From a virus, in the IMG/VR virus record IMGVR_UViG_3300031519_004372, positions 32,001-96,000 of that record: DNA of 64,000 nt; one strand, written 5' to 3'. Position numbers and translations under genes: made by a program. The first letter of the stretch is position 1, and every line of letters starts with the position of its first letter. The notes beneath the pieces are model-generated. The model was not told the DNA's origin. It saw nothing but the letters and a program-made list of their open reading frames with translations, and did no database searches. This document shows positions 46,817 to 57,530 of the stretch, piece by piece.

Positions 46817-47194
46817 ATGGGAAATTATATAGGCACTAGTCAAGACCACATTAACGCCGCAGTTCAAAATAGATTCTTTTATGGATTAAGAAGAACCGAC
46901 GAAGGAGAATTATTTATTGGAAAGGTTGATCAGTTAAAAACTGAAGATTCCTTAACATTGAATGTGCCCGGCGATCCAACAGCAAATTATCCAGATTTTT
47001 CTGAAGGACAAGACTTTTTTGAAGGTAGAGATGTTGCTCACGAATTAATTTATGAAAATTTAAATTACGAACAATTTCGCTGGGATGATAAAAATATTTA
47101 TTACTATGTAAACTCTGAAGGCGAATTAGTAGCAAGAGTGAATCAAAGTTGGACATACGATGATGGTTCGTCATCTAATAATGGGATAATATAA
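46817..47194 (+). CDS. Hypothetical protein in the fibre cluster
   Basis: 125 aa ORF with SD AAGGA, coupled to the long fibre gene. Confidence 0.65.
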   Translation: MGNYIGTSQDHINAAVQNRFFYGLRRTDEGELFIGKVDQLKTEDSLTLNVPGDPTANYPDFSEGQDFFEGRDVAHELIYENLNYEQFRWDDKNIYYYVNSEGELVARVNQSWTYDDGSSSNNGII

Positions 47195-50100
47195 TGGCAG
47201 ATTTTAGAATTGATAGAATTAGGTTTCGTTGGAAGAATATTTGGACAGGAACAACGGTATACATCAAAGACGATTTCATTGTCTATCAAGGTAAAGCATA
47301 TGTTTGTTTAATAGGACACACATCAGCTGCAAGTTTTTATACTGATTTAAATGATGCTGCACCTAAGTGGGTGTTGATGCAAGATGGTTATGTATGGAAA
47401 AATCAATGGTTACCTAGTACATATTATGATGTAGGAAACATTGTTAAATTTAATGCATATGTGTATAGATGTTTAACTCCACACACATCTGCTGCTACAA
47501 ACTTATTAGGATTAGTTGCTGATAACAGTAAATGGGAAATTGTATCTAAAGTTACTAACTGGTTACATAACTGGGCTATAAGTACTGATTATAATATAGG
47601 CGATGTTGTAAGATATAACGGATATGTATACGTAGTAAACACTAAACACGTATCGTCTGCTACATTGGCCCTTGGCTTAGAAAACGACCAGTCTTATTGG
47701 TCACAAGTAACAAAATCAGATCATTGGATTGGAGATTGGACAGTTTCAACTCGATATAAAGTTTCAGATGTTGTAAGATATAATGGTATACTTTATAGAG
47801 CTAATCAAGGTCATACTAGTGCTGAAGATTATATAGACGCTGAATATTCATATTGGGATATTGTAAACTCTGGCATTGAATATAAGGGCGAATGGGTAGT
47901 ATCAACCCGTTATAGACTAAATGATGTTATTAAATATGGACCGTCTTTATGGAAATGTGTATTAGAACATACGTCGAGCGAACTACAATTTTCATACGAT
48001 GAACGTGGCCCAAGTGATGCAACTAATAGATGGACCATCTGGCTTCCAGGATTAGAATACGAAACAGTATGGGATTATCAAAGAAACTACGCCTCAGGAG
48101 ATATAGTATTATATGGCGGTTATGTATATACAGCATTAACTAACCATCAAGGCTCGGTGCCAAGTGCATATGGAATAGAACAAGATGCCGCAGGAGCAAA
48201 CTGGGAACTATTAAAAGCAGGATATAAGCACTTAGGTGAATGGGCTGAAGATAGTACAGAATACGATTATAGCACTGGTGACGTTGTTACATTAAATGGA
48301 TATTTGTATATCTGCGTAACTGATTCACATGAGGGTGCTAGTCCAGACGGGTCTGCATACTGGCAAGTATTAGTTACAGGTCGTCATAATAGAGCTGAAT
48401 GGAACGACAATACACAATATGAAAAAATGGACGTGGTGTTATTTGCTGGTTCGGCATATTTGTGTTCAAAGCAACACTTATCAACAGCTTCTGGATCAAG
48501 GCCAGATTTAGACATACCGTATGAACAAGAACAATTTTGGACTTTATTAATTCAAGGTGAAGAAACTAACGTACTAACAGAACGAGGAGACTTAAGAACA
48601 ACTAATTCTGAAGTAGATAGTTCTATGGCAGATGAAAGATTAGCTATTAGATCAGCTGGTATGGTTCTTAAATCTAATAATCCTTTTGATGCAACACTTG
48701 CAACAGGAACATTACCGCAATGGAGTGACTTTGGTGCTTTACCAAAAGTATTTTATGTGTCAGTAGAAAACGGTCAGGACGTAACTACAAGCGGCACTAC
48801 CGAAGGCGCACCGTTTAAAACAATAAAATATGCATGTGATTATATTCAAGCTAATTTAGCAGCAAGAGCTCCGGCAACTGTATTTGTTAAAACAGGAATG
48901 TACGAAGAAATTCTTCCAATTAGTATTCCAGCTGATGTCGCTATTGTAGGCGACGAGTTAAGAAGCACTTCAATATTTCCAAAAGAAGGATATGAATCTA
49001 GTAACATGTTTTATGTAAGAAACGGTTGTGGATTAAGAAATTTATCATTAAACGGACTTACGGGGACACTAGGTGCATTAAATTCATTTGGGACAAGACG
49101 CCCAACAGGTGGAGCATATGTAAGTTTAGATCCAGGAACAGGCCCAGCAGATACAACTGTGCATATTATAAGTAAGTCTCCGTACATACAAAACGTATCA
49201 ACGTTTGGTACAGGATGTGTTGGATTAAAAATTGACGGATCTTTGCATAATGGCGGATATAAATCTGTAGTAGCTAACGACTTTACACAAGTATTAACAG
49301 ATGGTATTGGTTATTGGGCAAAGTTTAACGGAGTATCAGAACTTGTATCAGTGTTTACATATTACTGTCATGTTGGATATCTATCAGAGAATGGCGGACG
49401 ATTAAGAGCTACTAACGGTAACAACTCCTATGGAGATTTTGGATCCGTTGCAGAAGGAGTTAACCCTTCAGAAACTGCAAAAACAGGAACTATAAACAAT
49501 CAATCTAAAGAAGCACAAGTAAAAATTGTAGAAACAACAGGAGCAAGTGTTTTAGCATTTGGGTATTCAAATGCAGGAACAAGCTACACAGGATCGCCTG
49601 CTATTGCATTAACAGGATCTGGTTACGGGGCTAGTGTTGCGTTTGAAGATATAAGAGACAGAGCAATATCAGAGATACGAGTAACTGATCCAGGAGATTC
49701 AAGTACTGCTGGTGGACTTAATTACACTTATATAGTAAACAATGCTCAAACTGGAACACCTACTACTATTCAATTATCAGCAGCTGATGTTACTGGAACT
49801 GAGACTGCATATTTAGGACAACGCATATTCATATTATCAGGAGCAGGTGTTGGACAATATGGAAAAATTGCATCTTACAATGCTGTAACAAAACTTGCAT
49901 CTATAGAAAGAGAAAGTGATAGTTCAGCAGGTTGGGAACATATATATCCAGGATATCAGATTGAAACTATATTAAATACTTCAACAAAGTATGCTATTGA
50001 ACCAAGAGTTATTATAACAGAACCGGCATTTTCGTCTGCACAAAAAACAGCACCTCATAATATGACTGCAATAACAGCATCAGGTTCTAATTTTATAGCA

Positions 50101-51987
50101 GCAACAACAGATGTAATATCTTATTCAACAAACAAAGGTGATTCGTGGACTACAGCAACGGGAGACATTACAGGATCTTGGGATAATGTAAAAGCATATC
50201 GAGGAACGTCTTATGCTATGGCGTTCCAATCAGGTATCTCAACAACAGCAGGAAAATCATCTAATAACGGCCAAAGTTGGACCAATGTTACATTATCGAA
50301 CCCAGCTGGTACAACCTGGATTGACGTTGCGTATAAATCTGATAAGTGGATTGCAATATCAAGCGGAAGTGCTACAGATACTTCTATTAGTACAAACAAC
50401 GGATCAACTTGGACTGCCGGAACAACCTTAAGTGGCGAACACACAGGTATTGCATACGGAGTTGGAATATTTGTAGCTATATCGCCTGGCAATAGTGTGT
50501 CAACAACCACTGACGGGACAACGTGGTCAACTAGAACATTACCAATAACATCAAATTGGAGTGATATTAAATATGCAGACGGCAGATTTGTTGCAGTAGG
50601 AACAAGTGATGCAGCAATTATTTACAGCTTTGACGGTATTACATGGTACGAAGCATATGTTAATATATCAAACTTATCAGATAGTAGTAGTGGTACTTGG
50701 AATAAAGTTTCATATTCTCAAGGAGTATGGATGATTATTAACTCAACAGACGAAACTATTATTACTTCACAATGTGGTACTATTTGGTCATCATTGTTAG
50801 ATGACAGTACAACAAAGGCGTTTATTGTTGCTGGCGGATATGCAGATATTGCTGGAGGCCAATCGTCAGACGGATACCCAATTTGGTTAGGAACAAAAGG
50901 TGGTTCAGACTTAAATGATGTTCAGTACGGAGCAAGACCCTTTATTAGAACATCAATAGTTGGATCAAGAATATCAGAATTTATTATATATGACCCAGGA
51001 AGTAACTATGCAACTGCGCCAGTTGTGTCTATCTACGATTATACTAATACAGTTGATGCCACTTACGAAGTAAGAACAAGTGCATCTGGTGTATTAGCAC
51101 AACCTGTATTTTTAAATAGAGGCCAAGATTGGAACGTAGTATCTGCAGCAATTACCGGAGTTGGATATGCTGACATTTATCAAACAGGAAATATATTAGA
51201 ATTAGTTTCAGTATCATCTTTACCAACACCGGGTGAAAACTTGATTATTACAGGCATTGATGATGTTATTTATAAAGTAGTAAATATTGAAACACAATCA
51301 GGCAGTGGCCCTTACAATTTAACATTAAAAATTAGTCCGTCAATAGGAAAAGCTGAATCACCTGAACACAGTACTTCTATTGAATTAAGAGAAAATTATA
51401 GCCAAATAAGATTAACTGGACATGATTTTCTTGATATTGGAACTGGTAATTTTAGCGAAACTAACTATCCTATTTTATACACCGAAGGATATGACTTTGC
51501 TGCTGAATCAGAACCTAAACAGTTTAATGAAGTTCTTGAAAAAGGCGGCGGACGAGTATTTTATACTTCAACAGACCAAGATGGTAACTTTAGAGTTGGC
51601 GAACAATTTTTAGTTGAACAAGCAACTGGTATTATAACACTAAACTCGTCTTTGTTTAATTTTACAGGTTTAGAAAGTTTAACATTAGGTGGTATAACAA
51701 TTGGCGGAACGGCTGTTGTTATTAATGAATTTTCTAAAGAACAAACGTTTATTGCAAATTCAAATAAAATAGTACCAACACAACGGGCTATTGCTGCATA
51801 TGTTTCATCAAGAGTAAGCGGCGGTGGCTCTGAAGCAAATACTAACACTCTTAATGCAGGTGTACTAAAAATAACAGGAAGCAATATTACAACAGCTGAC
51901 AACACCCATATTCAAATGCCACAAAAAATGATTATAAAAGGTGGAGCAGATGGTCATTATTTGTCAAGTATGTATTATGGTTCTTAA
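47194..51987 (+). CDS. Long tail fibre/appendage protein 1 (CBM5/12-like repeats, beta-helix-like domain, Asp-box propeller)
   Basis: N-term repeats WxxxTxYxxxDxVxYxGxxYxCxxxHTS; SPYIQNVSTFG...ANDFTQ...ELVSVFTYY domain; Asp-box motifs STNKGDSW, SSNNGQSW, STNNGSTW, TTDGTTW, SFDGITW. Confidence 0.8.
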   Translation: MADFRIDRIRFRWKNIWTGTTVYIKDDFIVYQGKAYVCLIGHTSAASFYTDLNDAAPKWVLMQDGYVWKNQWLPSTYYDVGNIVKFNAYVYRCLTPHTSAATNLLGLVADNSKWEIVSKVTNWLHNWAISTDYNIGDVVRYNGYVYVVNTKHVSSATLALGLENDQSYWSQVTKSDHWIGDWTVSTRYKVSDVVRYNGILYRANQGHTSAEDYIDAEYSYWDIVNSGIEYKGEWVVSTRYRLNDVIKYGPSLWKCVLEHTSSELQFSYDERGPSDATNRWTIWLPGLEYETVWDYQRNYASGDIVLYGGYVYTALTNHQGSVPSAYGIEQDAAGANWELLKAGYKHLGEWAEDSTEYDYSTGDVVTLNGYLYICVTDSHEGASPDGSAYWQVLVTGRHNRAEWNDNTQYEKMDVVLFAGSAYLCSKQHLSTASGSRPDLDIPYEQEQFWTLLIQGEETNVLTERGDLRTTNSEVDSSMADERLAIRSAGMVLKSNNPFDATLATGTLPQWSDFGALPKVFYVSVENGQDVTTSGTTEGAPFKTIKYACDYIQANLAARAPATVFVKTGMYEEILPISIPADVAIVGDELRSTSIFPKEGYESSNMFYVRNGCGLRNLSLNGLTGTLGALNSFGTRRPTGGAYVSLDPGTGPADTTVHIISKSPYIQNVSTFGTGCVGLKIDGSLHNGGYKSVVANDFTQVLTDGIGYWAKFNGVSELVSVFTYYCHVGYLSENGGRLRATNGNNSYGDFGSVAEGVNPSETAKTGTINNQSKEAQVKIVETTGASVLAFGYSNAGTSYTGSPAIALTGSGYGASVAFEDIRDRAISEIRVTDPGDSSTAGGLNYTYIVNNAQTGTPTTIQLSAADVTGTETAYLGQRIFILSGAGVGQYGKIASYNAVTKLASIERESDSSAGWEHIYPGYQIETILNTSTKYAIEPRVIITEPAFSSAQKTAPHNMTAITASGSNFIAATTDVISYSTNKGDSWTTATGDITGSWDNVKAYRGTSYAMAFQSGISTTAGKSSNNGQSWTNVTLSNPAGTTWIDVAYKSDKWIAISSGSATDTSISTNNGSTWTAGTTLSGEHTGIAYGVGIFVAISPGNSVSTTTDGTTWSTRTLPITSNWSDIKYADGRFVAVGTSDAAIIYSFDGITWYEAYVNISNLSDSSSGTWNKVSYSQGVWMIINSTDETIITSQCGTIWSSLLDDSTTKAFIVAGGYADIAGGQSSDGYPIWLGTKGGSDLNDVQYGARPFIRTSIVGSRISEFIIYDPGSNYATAPVVSIYDYTNTVDATYEVRTSASGVLAQPVFLNRGQDWNVVSAAITGVGYADIYQTGNILELVSVSSLPTPGENLIITGIDDVIYKVVNIETQSGSGPYNLTLKISPSIGKAESPEHSTSIELRENYSQIRLTGHDFLDIGTGNFSETNYPILYTEGYDFAAESEPKQFNEVLEKGGGRVFYTSTDQDGNFRVGEQFLVEQATGIITLNSSLFNFTGLESLTLGGITIGGTAVVINEFSKEQTFIANSNKIVPTQRAIAAYVSSRVSGGGSEANTNTLNAGVLKITGSNITTADNTHIQMPQKMIIKGGADGHYLSSMYYGS

Positions 51988-52006
51988 ACAAACAATGCTA
52001 AATGGC

Positions 52007-52013
52007 ATAAATA
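52007..52013 (+). promoter_or_regulatory. Late promoter
   Basis: ATAAATA upstream of fibre 2. Confidence 0.65.
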
Positions 52014-52033
52014 TAAAAAACGGAGTTTATTAA

Positions 52034-55000
52034 ATGGCTGAATTTAAATTAGGACGAATTAGATTTGTATGGAAAAGTGATTGGGTCACTGCAACCGTAT
52101 ACTATAAAGACGACATTGTTAGAAACGGTGGTAACACGTATATATGTGTAAAAGGTCATACAGCTCCAGCATTATTTTCAACTCAACAATCAACATATTG
52201 GAATAAAATTTCCGATGGACAAGATTGGAAAGGCGTATGGACAACTAACACTCTTTATAAAATAAATGATATTGTTGTATACGGCGGATACTTATATATT
52301 GCAAACGCTGAAAATACTTCGGCTGCAACTGCTACACTAGGTTTAGAAGCAAATCAAAGCAGCTGGGATACCTTTGCAGAAGGATTTGAATATAAAACAG
52401 ACTGGGCAACTAACACTAGGTATAAAGTTAACGATCTTGCCAAATATGGCGGAACTGTATATATTTGTATTACTGGACACACATCAGCAGCAAGTACTGC
52501 ATTAGGGCTTGAACAAGATCAATCTAAATGGCAAATATTTTCAGAAGGTTTTAATTGGAAAAGTGTATGGTCACCTGATTACCGTTATAGAGTAAATGAC
52601 ATTGTAAAATACGGCGGAATTGTTTACGTTTGTACAACTGGACACACATCAGCTGCAACTGCTTCACTAGGACTCGAAACTGATCAATCTAAATGGCAGT
52701 TCTCAAATAAAGGTATAGAATATTTAGGAGACTGGACACCTACTACACGTTATAAAATAAACGATGTTGTTAAACACGGTGGCGCAATTTGGATTTGTGT
52801 AACTTATCATTCTAGTCAAACATACCTTACAGATGACGAATCTAAATGGAACCAATTTGTTGAAGGTTTGGAATTTGAAGATAGTTGGAGTGGAACAGTT
52901 CGTTACCAGCCAGGCGACTTTATAACATATGGTGGGTATTCATACGTAGCTGTAACTAATAATTTAGGAGCAAGACCTACATCAAGTCCTGCAGATTGGG
53001 ACTTATTTACAGCAGGGTTCCGCTTTATAGGTGACTGGGGCGATGATAGCTCAAACTACGAATACTTTACAGGTGATGTTGTTAGACTTGGCGGATATAC
53101 ATATCTTGCTATTGCTGATAGTTCAGGACAACGTCCACCTAACGCAAATTACTGGCAAAAATTAAACAGTGGTGTTGCTTGGAAAAATGCACACGCTGAT
53201 GCTACTTTATATGATGCTGGTGACGCTGTTAGGCAAGCTTCTAGTAGTTATATTTGTGTATTAGCACACACATCAAACACAGGAGTTACTGATCCTGCTA
53301 ACGATTCTGGTGGCACTTATTGGAATTTAATGTCCGGCGGTCCTGAAACTGATGTATTAACAACACAAGGTGATTTAGTTTACTACAGTGGTTCAGGTCC
53401 AGCTAGATTACCTGTCGGTGCTGCAGGACAAGTTCTTACAGTAAATGCAGCTTCAACTGCTCCTGAATGGACATACCTTGGAAAAATCAATAACATTTTT
53501 TATGTAGACACTAATATTGGTCAAGACCTTCCAGCATCAAATTATGGTGTAACATTAGCAAGACCTTGGAAAACTTTAAGGTACGCTACTGAACAAGTTG
53601 AAACTGGAGCATTGAGAGAAAATGCTACATACCTACTTAAAAGAAATAGAAACTTTATTGCAGAAGAAATTGTGCAATGGGTTAAATGGAACATTGCAAA
53701 CCCATCGGGTATTTGGGCAAGTTTTACTTTAGATAGTGAAACAGCGTGTCGTAGAGATATGGGACAAATTGTTGATGCATTAGTTTGGGATATATCGCAC
53801 GGTGGTAATAAACGAACAAGAGATGCTACTAACGCATATTTTCAAGCTAACGGAAATCTACTTACAGTAGTTGCAGATGAAGATGACCAAACAGTGGCTG
53901 CAATTAATTACGGACTAACAGTTATAGATAGAGTTCTAAGTAACTTAGCGCCAGCTACAAACTATCAAACAACAAATAGTTTTAGTCCGGCGCATGTACA
54001 AATAATTGATGCAACTTATACTGAAGAAACCGACGCTCAAGGCATAGTAACAAGTTTAGTAGGAGTTATTACAACAGCAATTACAGCTGGTGTAAATACA
54101 AATGTTCCTGCAGAAAGAGTAGCAAACAATAGTATATTTGTTAAAACTGGACAATTAAATGAAGTATTACCAATAATTGTTCCTAGAGAAACTGCAATTA
54201 TAGGAGACGAACTGCGTAGTACTAAAATTGTTGCAGCAGGAGCGTTAACAGCAGCCGCTGATACTCCAAAGAGTTTAGCAGCAATTGTTAGATTACAAGC
54301 TCTAATAAGCAATATTTGTACTAATACCGGAGTTACAAAAACTTCCGGAAATGCACTAAGTCAAATAACTACACGGGTAGCTGGATCAAGTGCAGCAGGA
54401 ACTGCTGCAAGCGGATTGCTCCAGCAATTAAATGACTACATTGATTATCGTGTTAATGGCATAAGCGGTGACTCTACAGTTCCAGTAACTACAGGAACAA
54501 ATACACCTAGTACGGATACAGGATATCTTTTTGCTGTAGAATGTATCGAAGCAAACAGAGCATTCCTTAAAGCAGAAGCAATTGCATTTATTAATGCAAC
54601 ATATCCAAGTTATGTTTATATTGAAGCAAGTTGTAGTAGAGATGTTGATAGATACTTAGATGCAATTATACATGATATGATTTACACTGGAAATTATAAA
54701 ACATTACTACATGCACGTTATTACAGTAATTCAGTTAGCGGAAGTGTAACTGAAGATATGTTCTACATGAGAAACGGATCTGGATTAAGAAATTGTAGTA
54801 TTAGCGGACTTGCAGGAACATTAGGTAGTGCTAACAGTTACGGAACTAAGAGACCAACAGCAGGAGCATTTGTAAGTCTAGACCCTGGGTTTGGTGTATC
54901 AGATACAAGATCTCATATTGTTAGTAAGTCGCCATACGTACAAAATGTATCAACATTTGGTTCAGGATGTATTGGATTAAAAGTAGACGGAGATTTGCAT

Positions 55001-56821
55001 AACGCAGGTTATGATTCAATTGTTGCTAACGACTTTACACAAATTTTAAGTGACGGTATTGGTGCATGGGTTACTAACTTAGGTAGAGTAGAACTTGTTT
55101 CGGTGTTTACTTATTATAATCATGTTGGATATCTAGCAGAGAACGGTGGTAAGATTCGTGCTACTAACGGTAACAACTCCTATGGAGATTTTGGATCAGT
55201 AGCTGAAGGACAAGATTCAACAGAGGTAGCTATTACTGGTACAGTTGATAACAGATCTACTGAAGCAACAGTTACTAATGTATTAACTGACGGCAATAAT
55301 ATTTTAACATTAGAATATTCTAATGCTGGAGTTGGATATACAGCTGGTGGAACAACTATAACTCCAACAGGAGAAGGATACGGAGCTGTAATAAACTCAG
55401 CAGTTGTAGCTACAACTGGCGGAGTATATGAAGTTAGGTTATTAAACCCGTCAGATGATTTAGGCGGCGCTGGCTATGTATCTGCAGGTGGTGTTGCACA
55501 AGCAGGAAATACAACACAGATAACAATCTCAAACACTGATGTTGGACTTAATACTACATACATTGGTATGAGTGTTTTTATTACTGCTGGAGCTGGTGCA
55601 GGACAGTACGGAACTGTTGCAACTTATAACAGTGGATCAAAAGTTGCAACAATTACTAAACATAGCGATGGCTCAGCAGGTTGGGATCATGTTACGGGAG
55701 TATCTCCAGTAGCAGTATTGAACGATACTACAAATTATGTGATTGAACCTCGAGTAACATTTAGCGGTGGTGGAGTTAGTGCATACGCTGACATTGCCAA
55801 GGGGCGTGTTAGTATAGCCGATGGAAAAATAACAGAAGTTAGAATATGGGATTCGGGCACTGGATATAGTTCAGCACCAACATTTACATTAACAGACCCA
55901 AATAATACAGACGATGCTCCGCATGCAGTTAGGTACGGCGACGGCGTACTAAGACAGCCAACATGGACTAACAGAGGAACTTCATTTACTACAGCTGCTG
56001 CAACAATAGTAGGAGATGGTTATGCTGATAGATATCAAGCAGGAAATTTTGTACAGATTTCAGGATTAGCATCAACTCCGCAAGCAGGAGCAAATATTGC
56101 ATTTGCTGGAATTTCAGGAGCATGGTATAAATTAGTAGCAGTTACTAATTTAACAGGTTCAGGACCGTATGCTGGATTATTTCAAGTTAGCCCAGTAATT
56201 AGCGTAACAGATGCTCCTGAACAGGGAGAGGTTATTACTGCAACAATTAGATATAGTCAAGTACGCTTAACTGGACACGACTTCTTAGATATTGGAACAG
56301 GTGATTTTGCTACTACTAACTATCCTGGAACCCCTGCAGAAAGTCCAAATCAAGTAAGAGAAACAAATGATTTTGGTGGCGGACGAGTATTTTATACTTC
56401 AACAGACCAAGATGGCAACTTTAGGGTTGGAACACTATTTAGTATTGAACAATCAACTGGTATTGCAACACTAAATGCTGATGCATTTAATATATCCGGG
56501 TTAAATCAGCTACAACTTGGCGCAGTTGCACTAGGCGGAACTGGTGCAACCATTACAGAATTTTCCACAGACGGAACTTTTACATCAAACAGTGATAATA
56601 TTGTTCCTACACAAAAAGCTATTAAAACATATATTACTAGTCAAATTGGTGGAGGAGCTGGTGAGCTTAATGTAAACAGTATAACAGCAGGCGTAATACA
56701 AATTAGTGGTTCAACAATTACTACAACTACTAATGTTGCAATAAATACATTACAGAAGGTAAACTTTACTAAAGGTGTTGACGGCCATCCGTTAGCAATG
56801 AATTACTACTTAAATCAATAG
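52034..56821 (+). CDS. Long tail fibre/appendage protein 2, paralog of 47194
   Basis: Same N-term (MAEFKLGRIRFVWK), CBM-like repeats and shared domains; carries a helical insert (CRRDMGQIVDAL, CSRDVDRYLDAI) and lacks the Asp-box region. Confidence 0.8.
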   Translation: MAEFKLGRIRFVWKSDWVTATVYYKDDIVRNGGNTYICVKGHTAPALFSTQQSTYWNKISDGQDWKGVWTTNTLYKINDIVVYGGYLYIANAENTSAATATLGLEANQSSWDTFAEGFEYKTDWATNTRYKVNDLAKYGGTVYICITGHTSAASTALGLEQDQSKWQIFSEGFNWKSVWSPDYRYRVNDIVKYGGIVYVCTTGHTSAATASLGLETDQSKWQFSNKGIEYLGDWTPTTRYKINDVVKHGGAIWICVTYHSSQTYLTDDESKWNQFVEGLEFEDSWSGTVRYQPGDFITYGGYSYVAVTNNLGARPTSSPADWDLFTAGFRFIGDWGDDSSNYEYFTGDVVRLGGYTYLAIADSSGQRPPNANYWQKLNSGVAWKNAHADATLYDAGDAVRQASSSYICVLAHTSNTGVTDPANDSGGTYWNLMSGGPETDVLTTQGDLVYYSGSGPARLPVGAAGQVLTVNAASTAPEWTYLGKINNIFYVDTNIGQDLPASNYGVTLARPWKTLRYATEQVETGALRENATYLLKRNRNFIAEEIVQWVKWNIANPSGIWASFTLDSETACRRDMGQIVDALVWDISHGGNKRTRDATNAYFQANGNLLTVVADEDDQTVAAINYGLTVIDRVLSNLAPATNYQTTNSFSPAHVQIIDATYTEETDAQGIVTSLVGVITTAITAGVNTNVPAERVANNSIFVKTGQLNEVLPIIVPRETAIIGDELRSTKIVAAGALTAAADTPKSLAAIVRLQALISNICTNTGVTKTSGNALSQITTRVAGSSAAGTAASGLLQQLNDYIDYRVNGISGDSTVPVTTGTNTPSTDTGYLFAVECIEANRAFLKAEAIAFINATYPSYVYIEASCSRDVDRYLDAIIHDMIYTGNYKTLLHARYYSNSVSGSVTEDMFYMRNGSGLRNCSISGLAGTLGSANSYGTKRPTAGAFVSLDPGFGVSDTRSHIVSKSPYVQNVSTFGSGCIGLKVDGDLHNAGYDSIVANDFTQILSDGIGAWVTNLGRVELVSVFTYYNHVGYLAENGGKIRATNGNNSYGDFGSVAEGQDSTEVAITGTVDNRSTEATVTNVLTDGNNILTLEYSNAGVGYTAGGTTITPTGEGYGAVINSAVVATTGGVYEVRLLNPSDDLGGAGYVSAGGVAQAGNTTQITISNTDVGLNTTYIGMSVFITAGAGAGQYGTVATYNSGSKVATITKHSDGSAGWDHVTGVSPVAVLNDTTNYVIEPRVTFSGGGVSAYADIAKGRVSIADGKITEVRIWDSGTGYSSAPTFTLTDPNNTDDAPHAVRYGDGVLRQPTWTNRGTSFTTAAATIVGDGYADRYQAGNFVQISGLASTPQAGANIAFAGISGAWYKLVAVTNLTGSGPYAGLFQVSPVISVTDAPEQGEVITATIRYSQVRLTGHDFLDIGTGDFATTNYPGTPAESPNQVRETNDFGGGRVFYTSTDQDGNFRVGTLFSIEQSTGIATLNADAFNISGLNQLQLGAVALGGTGATITEFSTDGTFTSNSDNIVPTQKAIKTYITSQIGGGAGELNVNSITAGVIQISGSTITTTTNVAINTLQKVNFTKGVDGHPLAMNYYLNQ

Positions 56822-56836
56822 ATATGGAGAAATAAA

Positions 56837-57154
56837 ATGGCAAGTGGAAGATTAGGAGCAAATGATGTGGCAGCGGCAACATATACAACAGTATATACTT
56901 GTCCAGCTGATACATTTGCTGTTGTAAGCATTAACTTTTTAAATAGAGGAAATGCATCGTGTTTTGTAAGATTAGCAGTAGCAGATGCGGCAACACCAAC
57001 AGCAGGAGAATTTTTAGAATATGATACAGAACTAACAGCTAAGTCAGTTCTAGAAAGGACTGGACTTGTGTTAAGTGCTGGTCAATTATTAGTTGTTTAT
57101 TCGAACATTGCAAACATAAGTGCTGTGACGTTCGGAATCGAAACAGCGGCATAA
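56837..57154 (+). CDS. Small beta-rich virion protein (paralog family A)
   Basis: 105 aa; YTCPADTFAVVSINFLNR...LERTGLVLSAGQLL. Confidence 0.65.
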   Translation: MASGRLGANDVAAATYTTVYTCPADTFAVVSINFLNRGNASCFVRLAVADAATPTAGEFLEYDTELTAKSVLERTGLVLSAGQLLVVYSNIANISAVTFGIETAA

Positions 57155-57157
57155 ATA
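57151..57157 (+). promoter_or_regulatory. Late promoter
   Basis: ATAAATA overlapping a stop codon, upstream of 57179 and the Cys-rich genes. Confidence 0.65.
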
Positions 57158-57178
57158 CAATGACAAAGGAATTATAAA

Positions 57179-57511
57179 ATGGGAAGATATATTAATGCAA
57201 CTCCTGGCGTAGCATCAGTAGTTCGTACAATTAGTACAACTTATCAAGCTCTTGCAAACGATCGTATACTAGCAGACGCGACAAGCGGTGCTTTTACAAT
57301 TACATTACCGGCGGCAGCAGACGCTATTGCAGGAGATGTAGTACAAATTTACGATATTGCAGGACAAGCAGCTACAAACAATATTACAGTTGGCCGAAAT
57401 GCATCTAACATAGGCAGTACGGCAGCAGATTTAGTAATCGATGTAAGTAATGCAATTGTTACGTTAACATATACTAACGTAACCTATGGTTGGGTCGTTA
57501 CAAATAACTAA
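57179..57511 (+). CDS. Small protein resembling the T4 gp9/gp10 N-terminal-like trimer domain
   Basis: DATSGAFTITLP...GDVVQIYD...NNITVGRN...TYGW. Confidence 0.6.
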   Translation: MGRYINATPGVASVVRTISTTYQALANDRILADATSGAFTITLPAAADAIAGDVVQIYDIAGQAATNNITVGRNASNIGSTAADLVIDVSNAIVTLTYTNVTYGWVVTNN

Positions 57512-57530
57512 GAGCATGGAGAAAGTTTAA

